A stretch of 64,000 nucleotides of DNA from Ginglymostoma cirratum (Eukaryota). A program made the translations under genes and the position numbers. Below are positions 13,085 through 26,214 of the stretch, piece by piece. Positions within the stretch are counted from its first letter, which is position 1, and each line of letters opens with the position of its first letter. The stretch covers positions 6,631,887 to 6,695,886 of the forward strand of contig JAHRHZ010000038.1 in the NCBI GenBank assembly GCA_024137785.1, in the 5' to 3' direction. The notes under the pieces were generated by a model. That model saw only the letters and a program-made list of their open reading frames with translations, had not been told where the DNA came from and did no database searches.

Positions 13085-13297
13085 TCCACCTATCCTCTCC
13101 TCTATCCATCCTCTATCCGCCTCCCCCTCTCTCCCTATTTATTTCAGAACCCTCTTCCCCTCCCCCATTTCTGATGAAGGGTTTAGGCCCGAAACGTCAA
13201 GTTTTCCTGCTCCTATGATGCTGCTTGACCTGCTGTGTTCATCCAGCCCCATGCTTGTTATCTCGGATTCTCCAGCATCTGCAGTACCTTTTTATCT
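13085..13297 (+). mobile_element. Young Penelope-like element 3' end / pseudo-LTR fragment
   Basis: Matches the reverse complement of the 3' part of the GIY-YIG element at 52458-53451 and of 34029-34157. Confidence 0.9.
13168..13201 (+). ncRNA. Minimal hammerhead ribozyme-like motif of PLE type
   Basis: CTGATGA (13171-13177), stem II GGGT-ttag-GCCC, GAAAC (13191-13195), GTC. PLEs are known to carry such minimal hammerheads. Confidence 0.65.
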
Positions 13298-15999
13298 ATG
13301 ATAAATTACAGTTGGTCATCTCTTATGGTCTTGTTGATCTCCATTGGCTATGTGTTGAAATCAAAACATTTGTTGTGATCAACATATCTCTCAGGTGGCA
13401 TTACTTCATCATGCCACTACACCTTACTCCAGTGTTATGACTTTGACATTTGGTGTCATGTATACCCTCTTCTCTCTTGGTTTTGCGAAGTCTTTTGCCT
13501 ACTTTAGGCCTATTCTCAGGAAATTCTCTGCCTTCCTGGTTTTCTCATTACTATTGAGATGTTAAAATCAATCCATTTGATTGCATTTTTGGTTGGATGT
13601 TGTATCTTACTCGTTACTGCTTGTTGACTTTTGCTCTGTATGAAGAATGTGGATTTTTATCCGCATTAGTGTATATAAATGAAAGTAAGTGATTAAAAAA
13701 GGTTGAGCAAGCACAGAGGATGTACAAGGTGAGATTTTGTACAATAAGTGGGAAAAATGAAATAAAGATGAATGAATAGCAGGGTATGGAGTGAGGCTGC
13801 ATACAGAAAATTAAAGTAAACCCTGTGTATAGTGAATAAAGTAGGTTGACTGGCCTCCTTCTGTGCTGTAACCATTCTCAGATTATATATTCTACGATTA
13901 GGAAGAACGATTTCCTTTTTATAAGTTGAAAAGACTCCACAATGAAATATTTATATTTCATAATTAATTTTTTTTAACTCTGGCACAATCAAACATAAAA
14001 TAGTTTTAATATATCATGGACATAAGTTGTTATCTGTGCAGTGATTACAGTGATTTGTATTTTAATTGTTTAAAAGATACTTCTAAATGGATAGACTCTG
14101 CTATGTATTTTGCAGATTTTTTTTCAACATCACCATCTGATAATTGTCAAACTGCAAAATTACTTTGCTTTCACTCAATAGTAATGTACAGTAGATATTA
14201 GAAAAATTATGCTACGAACAGTGACTAAGGGCCTCACAGGGTTAAACCGATCAACCTTGTGTTTGGTGTATCACAGGAATAACGAGAACAAATCAAGTAT
14301 TGACTGTTTGTGCAAATTCACCTTTGTTCAGTAGATTAGCGTTCTGGAGTCCAGTAAGTAATGAGTGTTCCTGTTCCCAAATAAATACAGCTTTGCTGGG
14401 TAAATGGCTGACTGTATGCACTCTCTGAGATTGATAATTTGAAGAAATTAAAACTTAATCAAGCATAGTTGCATTCTACCTTTGAATAATTTAATAGTCC
14501 CTAAGAACTAAGAATCTGTAACCCAGCAATGTAGCTGACTGATGTTGATTCAGCTGATCATTTTCAACCTTGATCAAGTACTATTACCTTAGGTCTTTTT
14601 TAAAACCACGAGCTTTCAAAAGAATTTCGTTAAAAGGTTTGACACTGAGAAAAATGTTTAGAGACGAGATTTAAATAGACAAAACATTTTTTTTTCTCAG
14701 GACTGCATCATGTTGCATTGAATACATCCTCTGTAGTTGGAATTAGTCTGCAGTGGCATTCGAACCTTTGTCCCTGGCTGTAAGTCTGTGGTTTTATGAA
14801 CTCTGTTTGGAGAGTGTCAAAAGAGTTTTAAAGACATTCCCTTGAATTTAAATTAGGTTTAACACACAAGTCATACAGTAGCAACATTACAGTGGATTCC
14901 AGCACTAAAAGTGATCGACTTGTTCAGCAACATTGAAGTTTAAACCAAATCTTCAACAAAAAGTATGACAATAAAAGTTCTCATATCTCCTATTTCAATT
15001 AGTATTGATAAGAATATTTAATGTTTCTATAGATGCTCTGAGCGTTCAATTTTGCCTGTGTCCATGGCAGAATAAACCGCAGAATTTTAGCACTTTGAAT
15101 ACTAAGTTCATTACTTTCCATAGGCAATGCATACAGTTAAATGCATTTAATGTAGGAACTTTTAAATAATCTTGCTTAACAAGCCATACTTTGCATCTCC
15201 AGGAGTGATTTGACCATGCTGCTGACTAACATAACCAGTATTATCGGAAAAAAACCATTTACAGGTTTTTCAGAATGTTTTAAAATTTATTTGTGATCAC
15301 TTACATTTTTAACAGTTGTAATAAATTACACGTTTGCTACTTCCTTAGCTGCCTTATTTTCTCCATATGAACCCAAAGCAAAAATAATCAAGGTTTTGTC
15401 TTTCAGTATTTCCAAGTACTGCAAACATTGATATTGAATTATTATTGTTTTCTAATTTCTCATTGTTTTTGTAATAGCCCGCTAAAATTTTTTTTTAAAA
15501 TGTTGCTGGATGTGAATTGTAAAGAAATATTCTAGCTTTCTTAGGCTAATCTCAATGCAACTATTGTTTCAGGTGGCCATCAGTGGTTGTATTTTTGACT
15601 GTGGTTACCTAATAAGAGTTCCAGCTCTGGGGAATTTGTCCAACAAGAACTAAATTAGTAAAATGTTGATGTTGTATTTTAATTAACTGATCAGTGGTCT
15701 GAATACAAGCTTAATATATTACATCTCCTAATTACCTCTTTTCTCCATAAACATAATATATCAGACTTGGAGCGCTGAGTACTCCAGGTTTTTCCCCACA
15801 AAAATCAAAGTAGTTCCTTTCAATTTCACACACTTTGATTGTAACAAAGACTACACAAGTTAAGGACCATACATAAGAACACATTTGCAAAATTAATGGA
15901 GTTTTCAAAATGGATGCCAGTTTACACATCTCACCAGAAACTACACCATTGAATTCATGATCAAAACATTGTTGTGTTGGAATAGTTTTACATATGAGC

Positions 16000-16405
16000 G
16001 TATAAAATTGGGGTAGGCCATTCAGCCCCTTGAGCCTCCTCTGCCATTCAATGGGATCATTCACTTTCCCACTTTAATATTAAAATAGATATTTTATGCA
16101 ATATTTTATAATCCATTCCTTTTGCAATATAGGCCAATAATCTATTTGTCTACCTAATCTCTTGTTATACCTGCAAACTACCTCTTTGTGATTCATATAC
16201 AAATGTACTCAGATCCTCCTAAATGCAGTTTTAAGGCTGAAGGACCAACTGAAAACTTTGAAACTGTGTTACAGATTTTTGTTAAGCTAGACATCGAAAG
16301 TGATGGATCCAAGATGGACAGCTGGAGTTAAATTACAGGAAATGATAATTTACCTGAATGGTGAAACAGGTTCAAAGGCTGAATAACCTATTCTTCTTCC
16401 TATGT
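16000..16405. mobile_element. CR1 3'-end remnants in both orientations
   Basis: gtaggccattcagccccttgagcc (antisense tail) and ggctgaataacctattcttcttcctatgt (sense tail). Confidence 0.6.
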
Positions 16406-16614
16406 AGAGCTGCCAGGCTTTATGAGGCCACTGTTACTTCACATTCTGTATGTTGAGGTTGATTTTTGGCTTGCTGTCTGCTGTAAAACTGATGTTGGGA
16501 ATCGATCTTCTGTCTTTAACAATCATCTGATTCCATTTCCTTTTCATCACAAATTTGGTTCAAGATGTGAAATTAACGTTAAGAATTTCTGAGGTTTTAA
16601 ATTTTGATGTTTGA

Positions 16615-16745
16615 AATAACAGGAAGATTTGCATTTCTTTCACAAACATGGGACAACCCAAAGTGCATCACAGCCATTAGAGTACTCCTGAAGTAAAGTT
16701 ACTGTTGAACTCCCAGATACACAGCAAGATCCCATAGGCATTATT
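16615..16745 (-). mobile_element. DeuSINE/SacSINE-like fragment
   Basis: ttgcatttc...cccaaagtgcatcacagccattagagtac...acacagcaagatccca resembles an antisense Deu-domain SINE 3' part. Confidence 0.5.
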
Positions 16746-16899
16746 TTACTGAATGCATAAAATCAAATTCCAGAAATTGCAACAAAGTGAACCAATGAAC
16801 ATTGTAAAAGCATTTCTTTTCTGGTTTATTTTGACTATCAGATTGTTTCCTTGTTTACTTCAGTTGACACAGATTGCAGTCTTCAGTTATTGCAGTGAA

Positions 16900-17480
16900 T
16901 TCTTTTTTCCTCAGTGCTACTGAGAAAGCTTCCTCCACCAAAGATTTCCCAACCAAAGACCTATCATGATTGACAGGAATCCTTGTCCATCTTATTATAT
17001 ACACATCCTACCCTGTTGCCTTCAGTCCAGAATCTCAGTTGGATTCCCCTGTCCTTAATCTGTACCCACTAGTATTCGTGTTCAATGCTCAATCGTCTGC
17101 CACTTCCTCTACTTCCAGTATGATTCCTGCGCAATCAAACATGTTCTCCCCAGCGTTCCAAGGGAACCAATCAATCCATGATATCCTGGTCCAGTGCGCA
17201 ATAAACTTTACTCCCTTTCCTTCACCACCTTTGCATTAAAGTGCAGGAAATGCAACAACCATCCTTTTACTTCCTTTTTTGTTATTGTTCAAGGCCTAAG
17301 CGTTCTTTCTAGGTAAAACAATAATTTGCATATAATTCTTCCAGTTTAGTGTTCATACTGAATTCTTTGCTCACCAAAACTGTCTATTCTTCATTGGTTG
17401 AGACGAAATGCAGGTTGGTTGACCATTTTGTTTAACCATTCTTTCAATCTGCAAGTGTGAGCGAGCTTCCTGGTCAAACT
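16900..17480 (+). mobile_element. Old decayed Penelope-like linker/GIY-YIG fragment
   Basis: Degenerate counterpart of the 52824-53451 ORF, e.g. gcgttccaagggaaccaatc...tgcaggaaatgcaac...ttggttgagacgaaatgcaggttgg. Confidence 0.6.
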
Positions 17481-18149
17481 GAGTATGAGTTGAGTCCTGA
17501 AACTGTGGGAGAATAATTCAGAGTGAGGGCCTCCCATAAGCAGAATTCCTGTGACAAAAAAAATCCATGTGTAATATTTCCAAAAATTATTAAAATGATG
17601 GGAAAACCTCCAACAATGTGGTTGCCTTTTCATTCAGAACCATTACCTTCTGCAGTATGTATTGATGGTTCAGGTATCTCCTGTGACCTCAGACTGGACC
17701 ATTTCCTGCCCCTTCATAGCATGGGAGTGTAAGTGAGATTGAAAACCAAGATTCAAATTATAAGGAAGGTAAGTGACTGGGAAAGCCAGGCATCGCAAGT
17801 CTTTCAGCAATTAGTTAAAATAAACTTGCCAGGTTAAGGGACTTTTATTTCAACGAATATTTAAATGTGGACCATAGATAAAAGAGCCTATTTCATACAA
17901 AATAAATTAGTTATTCAGTATCCTTGCTGCAGAATTAATTAAATTTAGTATCTGTTTTGTTAGTGTTTCGTGTTACTTATTAGAAAGTTTTAATTGGTTA
18001 ATCAATAGTATCTGAGACTTGAAGGTGAATTGTGCTGCTCCTCAAGCAATGAAAAATTTAGGAAGATATTAGAGACATAAACAAAATAATTGTCACTAAG
18101 TTAAATGGTGAAAATATTAAAAACAGTAAAAATGATCAGATTTAGACTT

Positions 18150-21100
18150 GAATCTTATCTGTGAGATAACAAAATATTGAAAAGCATAAGGTATTTTGTA
18201 ACAGCCACTTCTTTTGTAAATTACATGAGGATTCAAGAGTCTAAAAATGACATGTTGTGTCTGTGCCATGAATCGGTGATGTTGGCTTATGAAGCCCACT
18301 TCTCGTCTCTTAGCGCATAGAGAAGGAGGGAGAAACCTTGAAGTTCTGCTAATTTCTTGCTCGTTTGACAGATTGCAGAGCAGTGAAATGGTGGGACGGA
18401 CTCCCACCGAGACAACACAGCTATAACCAGGGGATAGTTTGTGTAGCAATTGTTTGCTCTGACCCTCAAAAGCTCCTGATCTGTAACCGTGAAATCTCTA
18501 ATCTCACGGTGGCAGGAGGGAGGAGTAGAAATCACACATTCCACCGACACAAAAATATTTGAATCGTGGCTTATCTTGTCTACTCATATGCTTTCATCTG
18601 CATCAACATGTGATGTATCATGGATTTGTTTTTGGTTTATCTACAACGTGCTCAATGAATATATTCAAAAATCCAATACATGTTGAATAAATTTAGAGAT
18701 TACTAAAAACTTATTGTTATCTTTAAAAGTTCAGAATAAGATGTTGCTATTCAATGTATATATCAAATATGAAATGTAGAATTATGTCTCAAATTGATGC
18801 AATCATTAAGGAACAAAATAATAATGATCTTCTTTAATTGCTCCCGAAACATTTATGTTCTTTGTCTTACATTTTGATCAAAATAGATTTCACAAAAATG
18901 TACATATTTGCAGTTTGTGTCTGTTTGGATATTAATTTAAACTTGTTTTGCAAGTTTCAAAACAAAATTCAGCTTTAAAATGATTTTGACGTTAAATATT
19001 TTAAAAATAGCACCAAAAGTTTGCATAGCTTCAATTCATCAGGCAACTGCACTGAATTGAAACATTAAATTTCTGTTCTTTTTTAAATTTGTGTCTGTTA
19101 AACCATTTTACATAAGATTCCCCCCTGCCCCAACTCCGTTGTTTGAACAAATGTTTGAACAGTTGAGTGGAAAAAAAGGATAGAAGGAAAAAAAAATGCT
19201 GCGTGCAGATGGTGTCGTGTTTTCGATGGCCTTCATGCAACCAAGGGGTGTTTTCCCTTCTCTTCCTCTATTATGCAGAAGTTTCTTGAGTGGGTGTGAA
19301 CGTTCTCCCCTCTGTCTCACTTTGTCTTTTTCTCCTCAATGCACACTTTCAAGCCTTTCCCCTTGTTAAGTCCAGTGTGCAGTGCCGTGAATTAAAAATG
19401 AGTAGGCAGAGACGCTATAAAATAAACTCCCTGGAATTGTGGGTGGTCATCAGGAACCCAGACAAAGCTAAACCTGAGAAACAAAACACAGGCATAAGAG
19501 GAATAAAAATCTATCTGAAATCTCTTTGTTTGCAGATCGAGATTATTTTCAAGAATGTTTCAATATTAGTCTGGCATTAAAACACAATATGCCATGGATT
19601 GAGCATCAAAAGGTTTTTAAGCACAGAATTTCAGTGGGTGTTTTGTGTGCGTCTGCAGCATAAATAATGGTAACTTTATGGTTATTAGGTGCAAGTGAAG
19701 ACACAGTGGCATACAAGCAAAGAACACCAGCTCTCCTTCAAAAGAAACAGCCTGGCATAAAATGTTCTGATAATTGCATTACTGTGGGGTTTAGTCTTTT
19801 TTTTTGTGTCTGATTTGTCCCTTAAGCCAGCGTAACGCTTCTGCTGCTGAAGGAGAATGTGAACTGCAAATCGTAGGCAGAGCGTGAATGACACTACATG
19901 GTACAACTGCTGCTTTTCTTTTAAAAAATCTCCCTGTCACTGCATTCAACTACAGTCTTTTCCCACTGCCCAACTCTTTCCTGTTCTCTCTCCGAATGTG
20001 CATGTGTGTATAGGCAAAAAAATAACAAAACGAAAAGATTCACAGTCATCTAGTTCTGTGTGATTCCTTACTGTCAAGTTGAACTTGTGTATTGCAGTTG
20101 GCAGCTATCTCATCGTCATAACAAGGAGAGATTGCATCTCTCCAGTGAAGAGGTTTCCTTGGATGTGAAGTATTGGTTTTGGGATAGGTTAAGAGGGGCC
20201 ACAGCAGCATGAGGATTTCAAGCTACACATCCATCTGTATTTTGACAAGATGTTGCTTCTTATGCAGCCCCTTAGCGTTTAGTCATGGAAGTTTTTCTTT
20301 CTTTTTGTGCTCTATAAGAATATATTGAAGAAAGTTATAAGTACATACTATTTCTTAATATTCCCATTTGAGTTAAAAGAATTCTTTTAAACTTAATGAT
20401 TTTGTTTCTAAGTAGGGCAGATTGTAGTAAAATTCCTGTCCAAGTATTTTTAATTTGACTGAATTGGAATTATGCTTCTTAAAGTGAAAAAAGGCAAGCA
20501 AAAGATAGATAAATATTAAGTATCAGCTTTCTCTTTTAAATTTAAAAAATCCTAAAAGACACAGCATTTGATAAACTATTGATGCATTATTTAAGTTCAT
20601 TTTCATTCTTATCATTACATCTTCTTTTCTCTATTTCTGGTGCTTCTACTATTGCTTTTGTTTCAGAATGGATCCACGCTGATCAGAAAGATCCTAAGTT
20701 GAATCTTGATCAATATAATATCACAAACAATGAAACGTCTACTCTGTATCAGAGGCTGTCTGCATCTGTGGAACAATAGCTCAAAATGAACATACAATTT
20801 AGAGCATAGGGGAAGAAAAACAGATTAGGATACAAATGTTCTCTTACTGTCAGTAGGTCTTGCCGTGATTCAACTTAGTTTTTTTGCCCATGGCATATTT
20901 TGAAATTTTCTACAAGGTTGAAGGGTATGCTTTTGGGAATGGTTGATATTAAAAGCAGTGGACAAAATGTAATCAAATTCATTAGACCAATTAAAACTTC
21001 CTCAACATTGAGAAACATGTTTTCATGCAGTATTCTTCTTTAGGCTTCTTGCTGTGTTTTCTTTATCTTCAGTTGCTGATTTCTGCAGGTTAACATGTCG

Positions 21101-22330
21101 ATGCAAACAGTTACAGAGTGAGACGTTACCTACCACCTAACCAGCACCACCGCATAGATACATGCCTAAAATGTGTCATTCATTCCATTTAAATGTATTT
21201 CACGCCTGTATAATTTGCAAAATGTAGTTGATTGCTTCCAGATGCTGGCTGGATTTTGAAAAAATATTCGCATTTCTATAAAACCAATTCAGTAAAAACT
21301 CAGTTTAGTGCAGATTGGCATAAAATGCATCCTTAAAAATTTAACTTCATCTATTCTTAAAAATATTACCATTTTCAATTGAGTAGATAGCATATCTCAT
21401 TCAGTCCCTAATTTACTAATAACATGACCACTAAAATAATTGAGCAGTTAAAATAATATGAAACTAAAAAAAAATTGAATACATGGAAGTGTGTTGTTCA
21501 TATTTTTTACCAATCCCATTTACTATCATTAGTCTAGTTTGGGAAGTTGACTTGCATTGATTTTTTTCAAAAAATATATAGTCTTGTTTGAAAAAGGAAT
21601 GATAACAACACAGCAGGTTTGTCTGTATTTAAGGTTAACGTTGTTGATAATCAGAGTAGGTCTAAGCTTATCAAGTCACGGAGTGTTGAAATGCCACCAA
21701 AGTTTTCTGCCAAAGTGGCCATCACGTCTTGACAGTCATAATGTGGCCTGTCTTCTGACCCTTAAATGCACTCAAAAGGATCAGGTTTTTCTGTATTATC
21801 CAAGAGCTTGAAAAGGACCAAGTAAAATAGGGCTTTTGTTAATTCTCTCTCCCTTTCTCTCTCTTTTTAAAAAAATCTAGTGATGACTGCTGTTTTTTAT
21901 TGGTACGGAGACAGTGGTGACTGACTATTAGCAAGCCATCTGTGCCAGGATTTTGGTCGATGCATGTAAAAACTGTACAGCACTTGGCAAAGAAGCCTTT
22001 TTAGCCACCGACATACACTGCATTAACTCTTTTGTTTGCTCTTCACACTTAGTGGACAAAATATGCTTGAACACTAAATTTAAGCTGATGTCAAATGATG
22101 CTTTGAATCCATTTGCATTTGTTTGTTCTTCCAGATTCCGTTGTTTGTTTCATTCTCCCGCCCTTTCTCCCCTTTTTAAATTGCTTTTGCAGACCATTCA
22201 CAACAACATATGCTGTGCCAGTAGCCAGGGTTGAGTGTTTTAGGCTAACTTCTCCATGACTTGTTTCATTCACATTGCTCCCTATTGTTGATTGGTCAAT
22301 GAGATAGATGGCAGGGGTCCTTATTTTTCA
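18150..22330. promoter_or_regulatory. Second candidate CNE cluster (blocks ~18150-18620, ~19020-20150, ~21640-22330)
   Basis: About 4 kb with no recognisable transposon, complex non-coding sequence and retained CpGs. Confidence 0.45.
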
Positions 22331-22489
22331 TTTTTGCTTCCCTCCATCAAGTACATGCTCCTGCATTGAACTCCATCTAGTGGACCACTTAAGGTGAGAT
22401 CTGCTGGTTTCTTTAGCAGTTTCTGTTTTTATTTCAGATTTCAAGCAGTTGCAGTATCTTGCTTTAAATGCTATCAACCATACCTATAA

Positions 22490-24310
22490 CCTCAAGTCCT
22501 AGCATATCCCCCATTATACCATTGCCACCAAGTCAGAGGATCAAACATGGCTCAATGAAGAATACATGAAGGCATGCCAGCAGCAGCACCAGCCAAATCA
22601 AAAGATGAGCTGTCAACCTGGTGAAGCTACGACATAGCACTGCTTAAATGTCAAACAATTAAGCAATATATGTTAGACAGAGTTAAGCAATTCTACGATC
22701 AACAAATCAGATGCAGGTTCTGCAGTCCTGCCACGTTGAGTTGTGGACAGTAGTGTACAATTAAACAATCCATTGGAGGAGGAGATTTCACAAATGTTCC
22801 CATTTCATGGTGGAGCTTAGCAAATCTTTGCAAAAGACAAGGTTGATGCATTCACAAGCATCTTCAACCAGAAGTGCTAAGTGGACAACACATCTCAGAC
22901 TCTGAGGTCGATAGCATCACAGATAGTTTTAGTTATTTCCCTGCAATATCATTGTAAATTGCCCGCATATAGCCTGTTCATGAAAAGCAGGACAAATCCA
23001 AACTGGCTAATTTCCACCCACTAGCTTATTCTCTATCATCAGCAAAGTTATAGAAGCAGTCATTGACTGTGTAACAAGCTGCACTTAAATTAGAAACAAC
23101 TTACTCACTGACACTTAGTTTGGCTTCTGCCAAGCCCATTCAGTTCTTGACTTCATTACAGCCTTGATCTGAACAGGAGCAAAAAACCTTAATTTGAGTG
23201 GAAGTGAGGGTGACTTCACTTGATGATATAAACACATCATCTAATTGAGACGGTGGCATCAAGGAGACCTAAGAAGTTGGGGTTAATGGAAATCAAGGGA
23301 TATGATTCTGTTGATTGAGGCATAACTAGCACAAAGCAATTATTGGGTATTGCTGAAAAAAGCCAGATTTTTCAAAGGTTTTTTGTCTTGCACTCATCAG
23401 GATAGTTCGCAGGGTACCTATTCAAGGGGAAATCAATATGTATACTATATTAGAGAAGAGTGCTGTTTGGTTAGCAAGTGGACTCAGGTGGAGGTGTTGC
23501 CTTGGCGAATTTACCAGTTAATAATAACTAATAATTAACTGTCAGACTTTAAGTTTTAGACCTGGCAGATTGACTCTGACTGCGCAAGGCATTGTCCTGG
23601 GAAATGAACCAGCGAATGGCTGTCACTTAATTTGTTGAGTTGAAATGGGTACAGTGTTTCTGTGTTCTTTCTGTCTGTGAAGAATATGGCTCTGTGGAAC
23701 AATAAATGTAGGTTCCAGTACACACACGTGCCATAACTCCAAGCCTGGTTGACAGTCCTAAGTTGTTTGTCAGTATATACTTCGCACACTCAGCATGATC
23801 CAGAAAATGCCCCAACTGCTGCATCATATATATTGTGGACACTTGTGAATTTTGAAAGCTCAGGCTGGTTGCGTATGGTATGTACTTTGCGTTTTGTGAA
23901 CAGCCAAGTGGATAGACTATTTGATACAATTTGTCAACACCTCCAACATACACTCCTTTCACCACCAATGCATCGTGACAGCAACATGTCCCATCTACAA
24001 GATGCAGTACTAAATCGCCAAGGCTCCTTAGATGTCACCTTCCAAACATGTGACCCCTACCACTTAGAAGGTCAATGGAAAGAGATACAGGGAGCACCTA
24101 CAAATTCCTCTTTAAGCCACACATGATCCTGACTTGCATTTATAGCATGGTTACTTCATTGTTGCTGGATCAAAATTTCAGAACTCTGTCCCTAATAGTA
24201 CTGTGAGCATATCTACTCCAGCAATTCAAAAAGGCATTTCACTATCAACTTCACTAGGGCAATTTGGCATGGCAACAAATTTTGGCCTAACCCGCAGTGT
24301 CCACCCTGTG
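22490..24310 (+). mobile_element. Decayed CR1/L2-group LINE (ORF2 plus 3' tail), interrupted at ~23420-23935
   Basis: Remnants such as aagcaggacaaatccaaactggctaatttccaccc and cagttcttgacttcattacagcc; 3' tail gggcaatttggcatggcaacaaattttggcc, related to 34585-35222. Confidence 0.7.
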
Positions 24311-24749
24311 GAAATATTTCTTTAACAATATAAAGTTGTTATGAACATCAAATTGAATAATTGCCTAAGAATGAAATCCTGCCTATTCCTCCTTCCTTTG
24401 AAGAGTGATAAAGGCAATTACATCAAACAAACAAGGACGAATCACCTGGCCTGGACTCATTCCACAGATATTTGCAAGAGTAATATAACAGAAATCGTTA
24501 ACAGTCTTACAGCCATCAGCAAGAGGTACCACAGGACCTCACGGCTGCTGACAATGTCAGTATATAGAAGTAGAATTGATTCAAAAATGAATGGAACAGC
24601 ATCCTTGTGTATTGAGGAATAAATCTTGTTTCAATCACAGGAATAATCTTCACAAGGCCCCTATTAAGCCATACGTGAAACAGCCTCATAGATAAGATCA
24701 TTCCAAAATCACACTGTGGCTTTAGGGTTAACCATGGAATTGTTGCTAC

Positions 24750-24835
24750 GGAACAAAAACAGAAATTGCTGGTGAAACTCAGCAGGTCAGGCAGTATCTG
24801 TAGGAAGAAAAGCAGAGTTACTCTTCATCAAAACA
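24750..24835 (-). mobile_element. Short PLE-derived terminal fragment (family B)
   Basis: aacaaaaacagaaattgctggtgaaactcagcaggtcaggcagtatctg, same family as 27802-28022. Confidence 0.75.
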
Positions 24836-24949
24836 CTAACTATGGTGTTCGTAGCAAAACAACTACGACAAAATGCAGAGAGAAACATGAAGATGTATAG
24901 ATATCATGTTCATGGACCTAACTAAAGCCTGTGACTGTGTGGGCCAATC

Positions 24950-26060
24950 TTGTCTATGGTACTAGATCTCCAAGCCAGGGTATCCAAACAAATTTGTCAA
25001 ATTCCCATCCAAGTTGCATGATCGCACAATTGCTCATGTTTATGCCAATGTGTGACCTCTGATGTCTTTGAGCTAACCAGTGGCATAAATCAAGGATATG
25101 TCACTGTTCTCTAACTGTTCAATTTTTTCTTTGCCACAGTGCTTAAGGATGACATGCCTGTAGTCTTCAACAATAATTTCTAGTCACTTTGAAGTTCTTT
25201 AGTCTCTCAAGACTATGTAGCTCCACTAAAGTCATAGATGCTATAATCAGAGAGGTTATAAAGGCAGGTGACCATGCCTTAGCTTCCCACAGTATTGAAG
25301 ACTCTCAGACTATTGTAAACAAATTCTCAAGTGCTGTCAAAAGCTTTGCTGTCAAATTATTGTCTCCAAGACCAAAGTTATATTTCAGCCGGCACCAGGC
25401 TCTTTCAATGAAACACTAGACATAACTATTGATGGAACCTGTCTCAAGGTGCCGAAAAAATGTTCATAACTTGCTAGTGTACTTCAAAGAGAGGCTTCTA
25501 TCGATGATGTTTTCCATTCTTGTGTCCAGAAATCAATTACTGCCTGTGACTGACTTAATAATGAGTCTGGAAGCAGACTATTAAGCTTAAGACCACAATC
25601 AGATGCTCCCAGACCACCTAGCCAATAGTAGCATGATACCGTATCAAAGCTCTGAAATGCTTCCAAAACATCTGAGTTCCATAATGAGAATTCAGCGGGA
25701 AGACAAAATGACAATCAATAAGATACTTTATTGTACTGGGTTCAACAGCATGGAGATCACTCAAAGGACAAACACATCCTGGTCATCAGTGCAAAACAGA
25801 AGGAAACCTTGAGAAGAAACTTAAACTTCTTCATTAGATCATTTTCCTTAGGGAAACACTGCAGCAAACCATCTCTGGGGGACAACCACTGAATTTGGTT
25901 CAGTAACTTTCAAGGACCATCTGCACCAAACTCACAACATCTGAAGTGGTCGCAGGAAGGCCAGAGGTGGTGGAGCTGTACAGGTTCCCTTAAACATCAA
26001 CAAAGGCAACACGAACATCCATGCTGTTGCTTTTGACAACATGAACAACCTTTATTGAAA
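24950..26060 (+). mobile_element. Decayed RTE-clade LINE RT fragment
   Basis: ORF 25189-25419 FFSLSRLCSSTKV..IREV..AGDHALASHSIEDSQTIVNKFSSAVKSF resembles RTE LFNLRRL..TKV...ELL.ADDCAL.AHS..DLQ; GIN QG remnant upstream. Confidence 0.7.
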
Positions 26061-26214
26061 TCTTCAGTCATGAAAGGACCCATAGAAGATGATGAAATCT
26101 TTTTACAGCTTAGACATACTCAAACAAGGAGTAGTTTTATCATGGTTAACGACTTACACATTTGTGTATAAGAGTTAATTTCAAAATGTGGAAATAAAAC
26201 TTAGTATTCTGAGC

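Noticed and set aside
20667-20779. Strong-looking acceptor (ttgcttttgtttcAG) followed by a short open frame
   Set aside because: Splicing from the phase-1 donor gives an immediate TAA, and no donor or homology supports an exon. Such acceptors are common in AT-rich introns.
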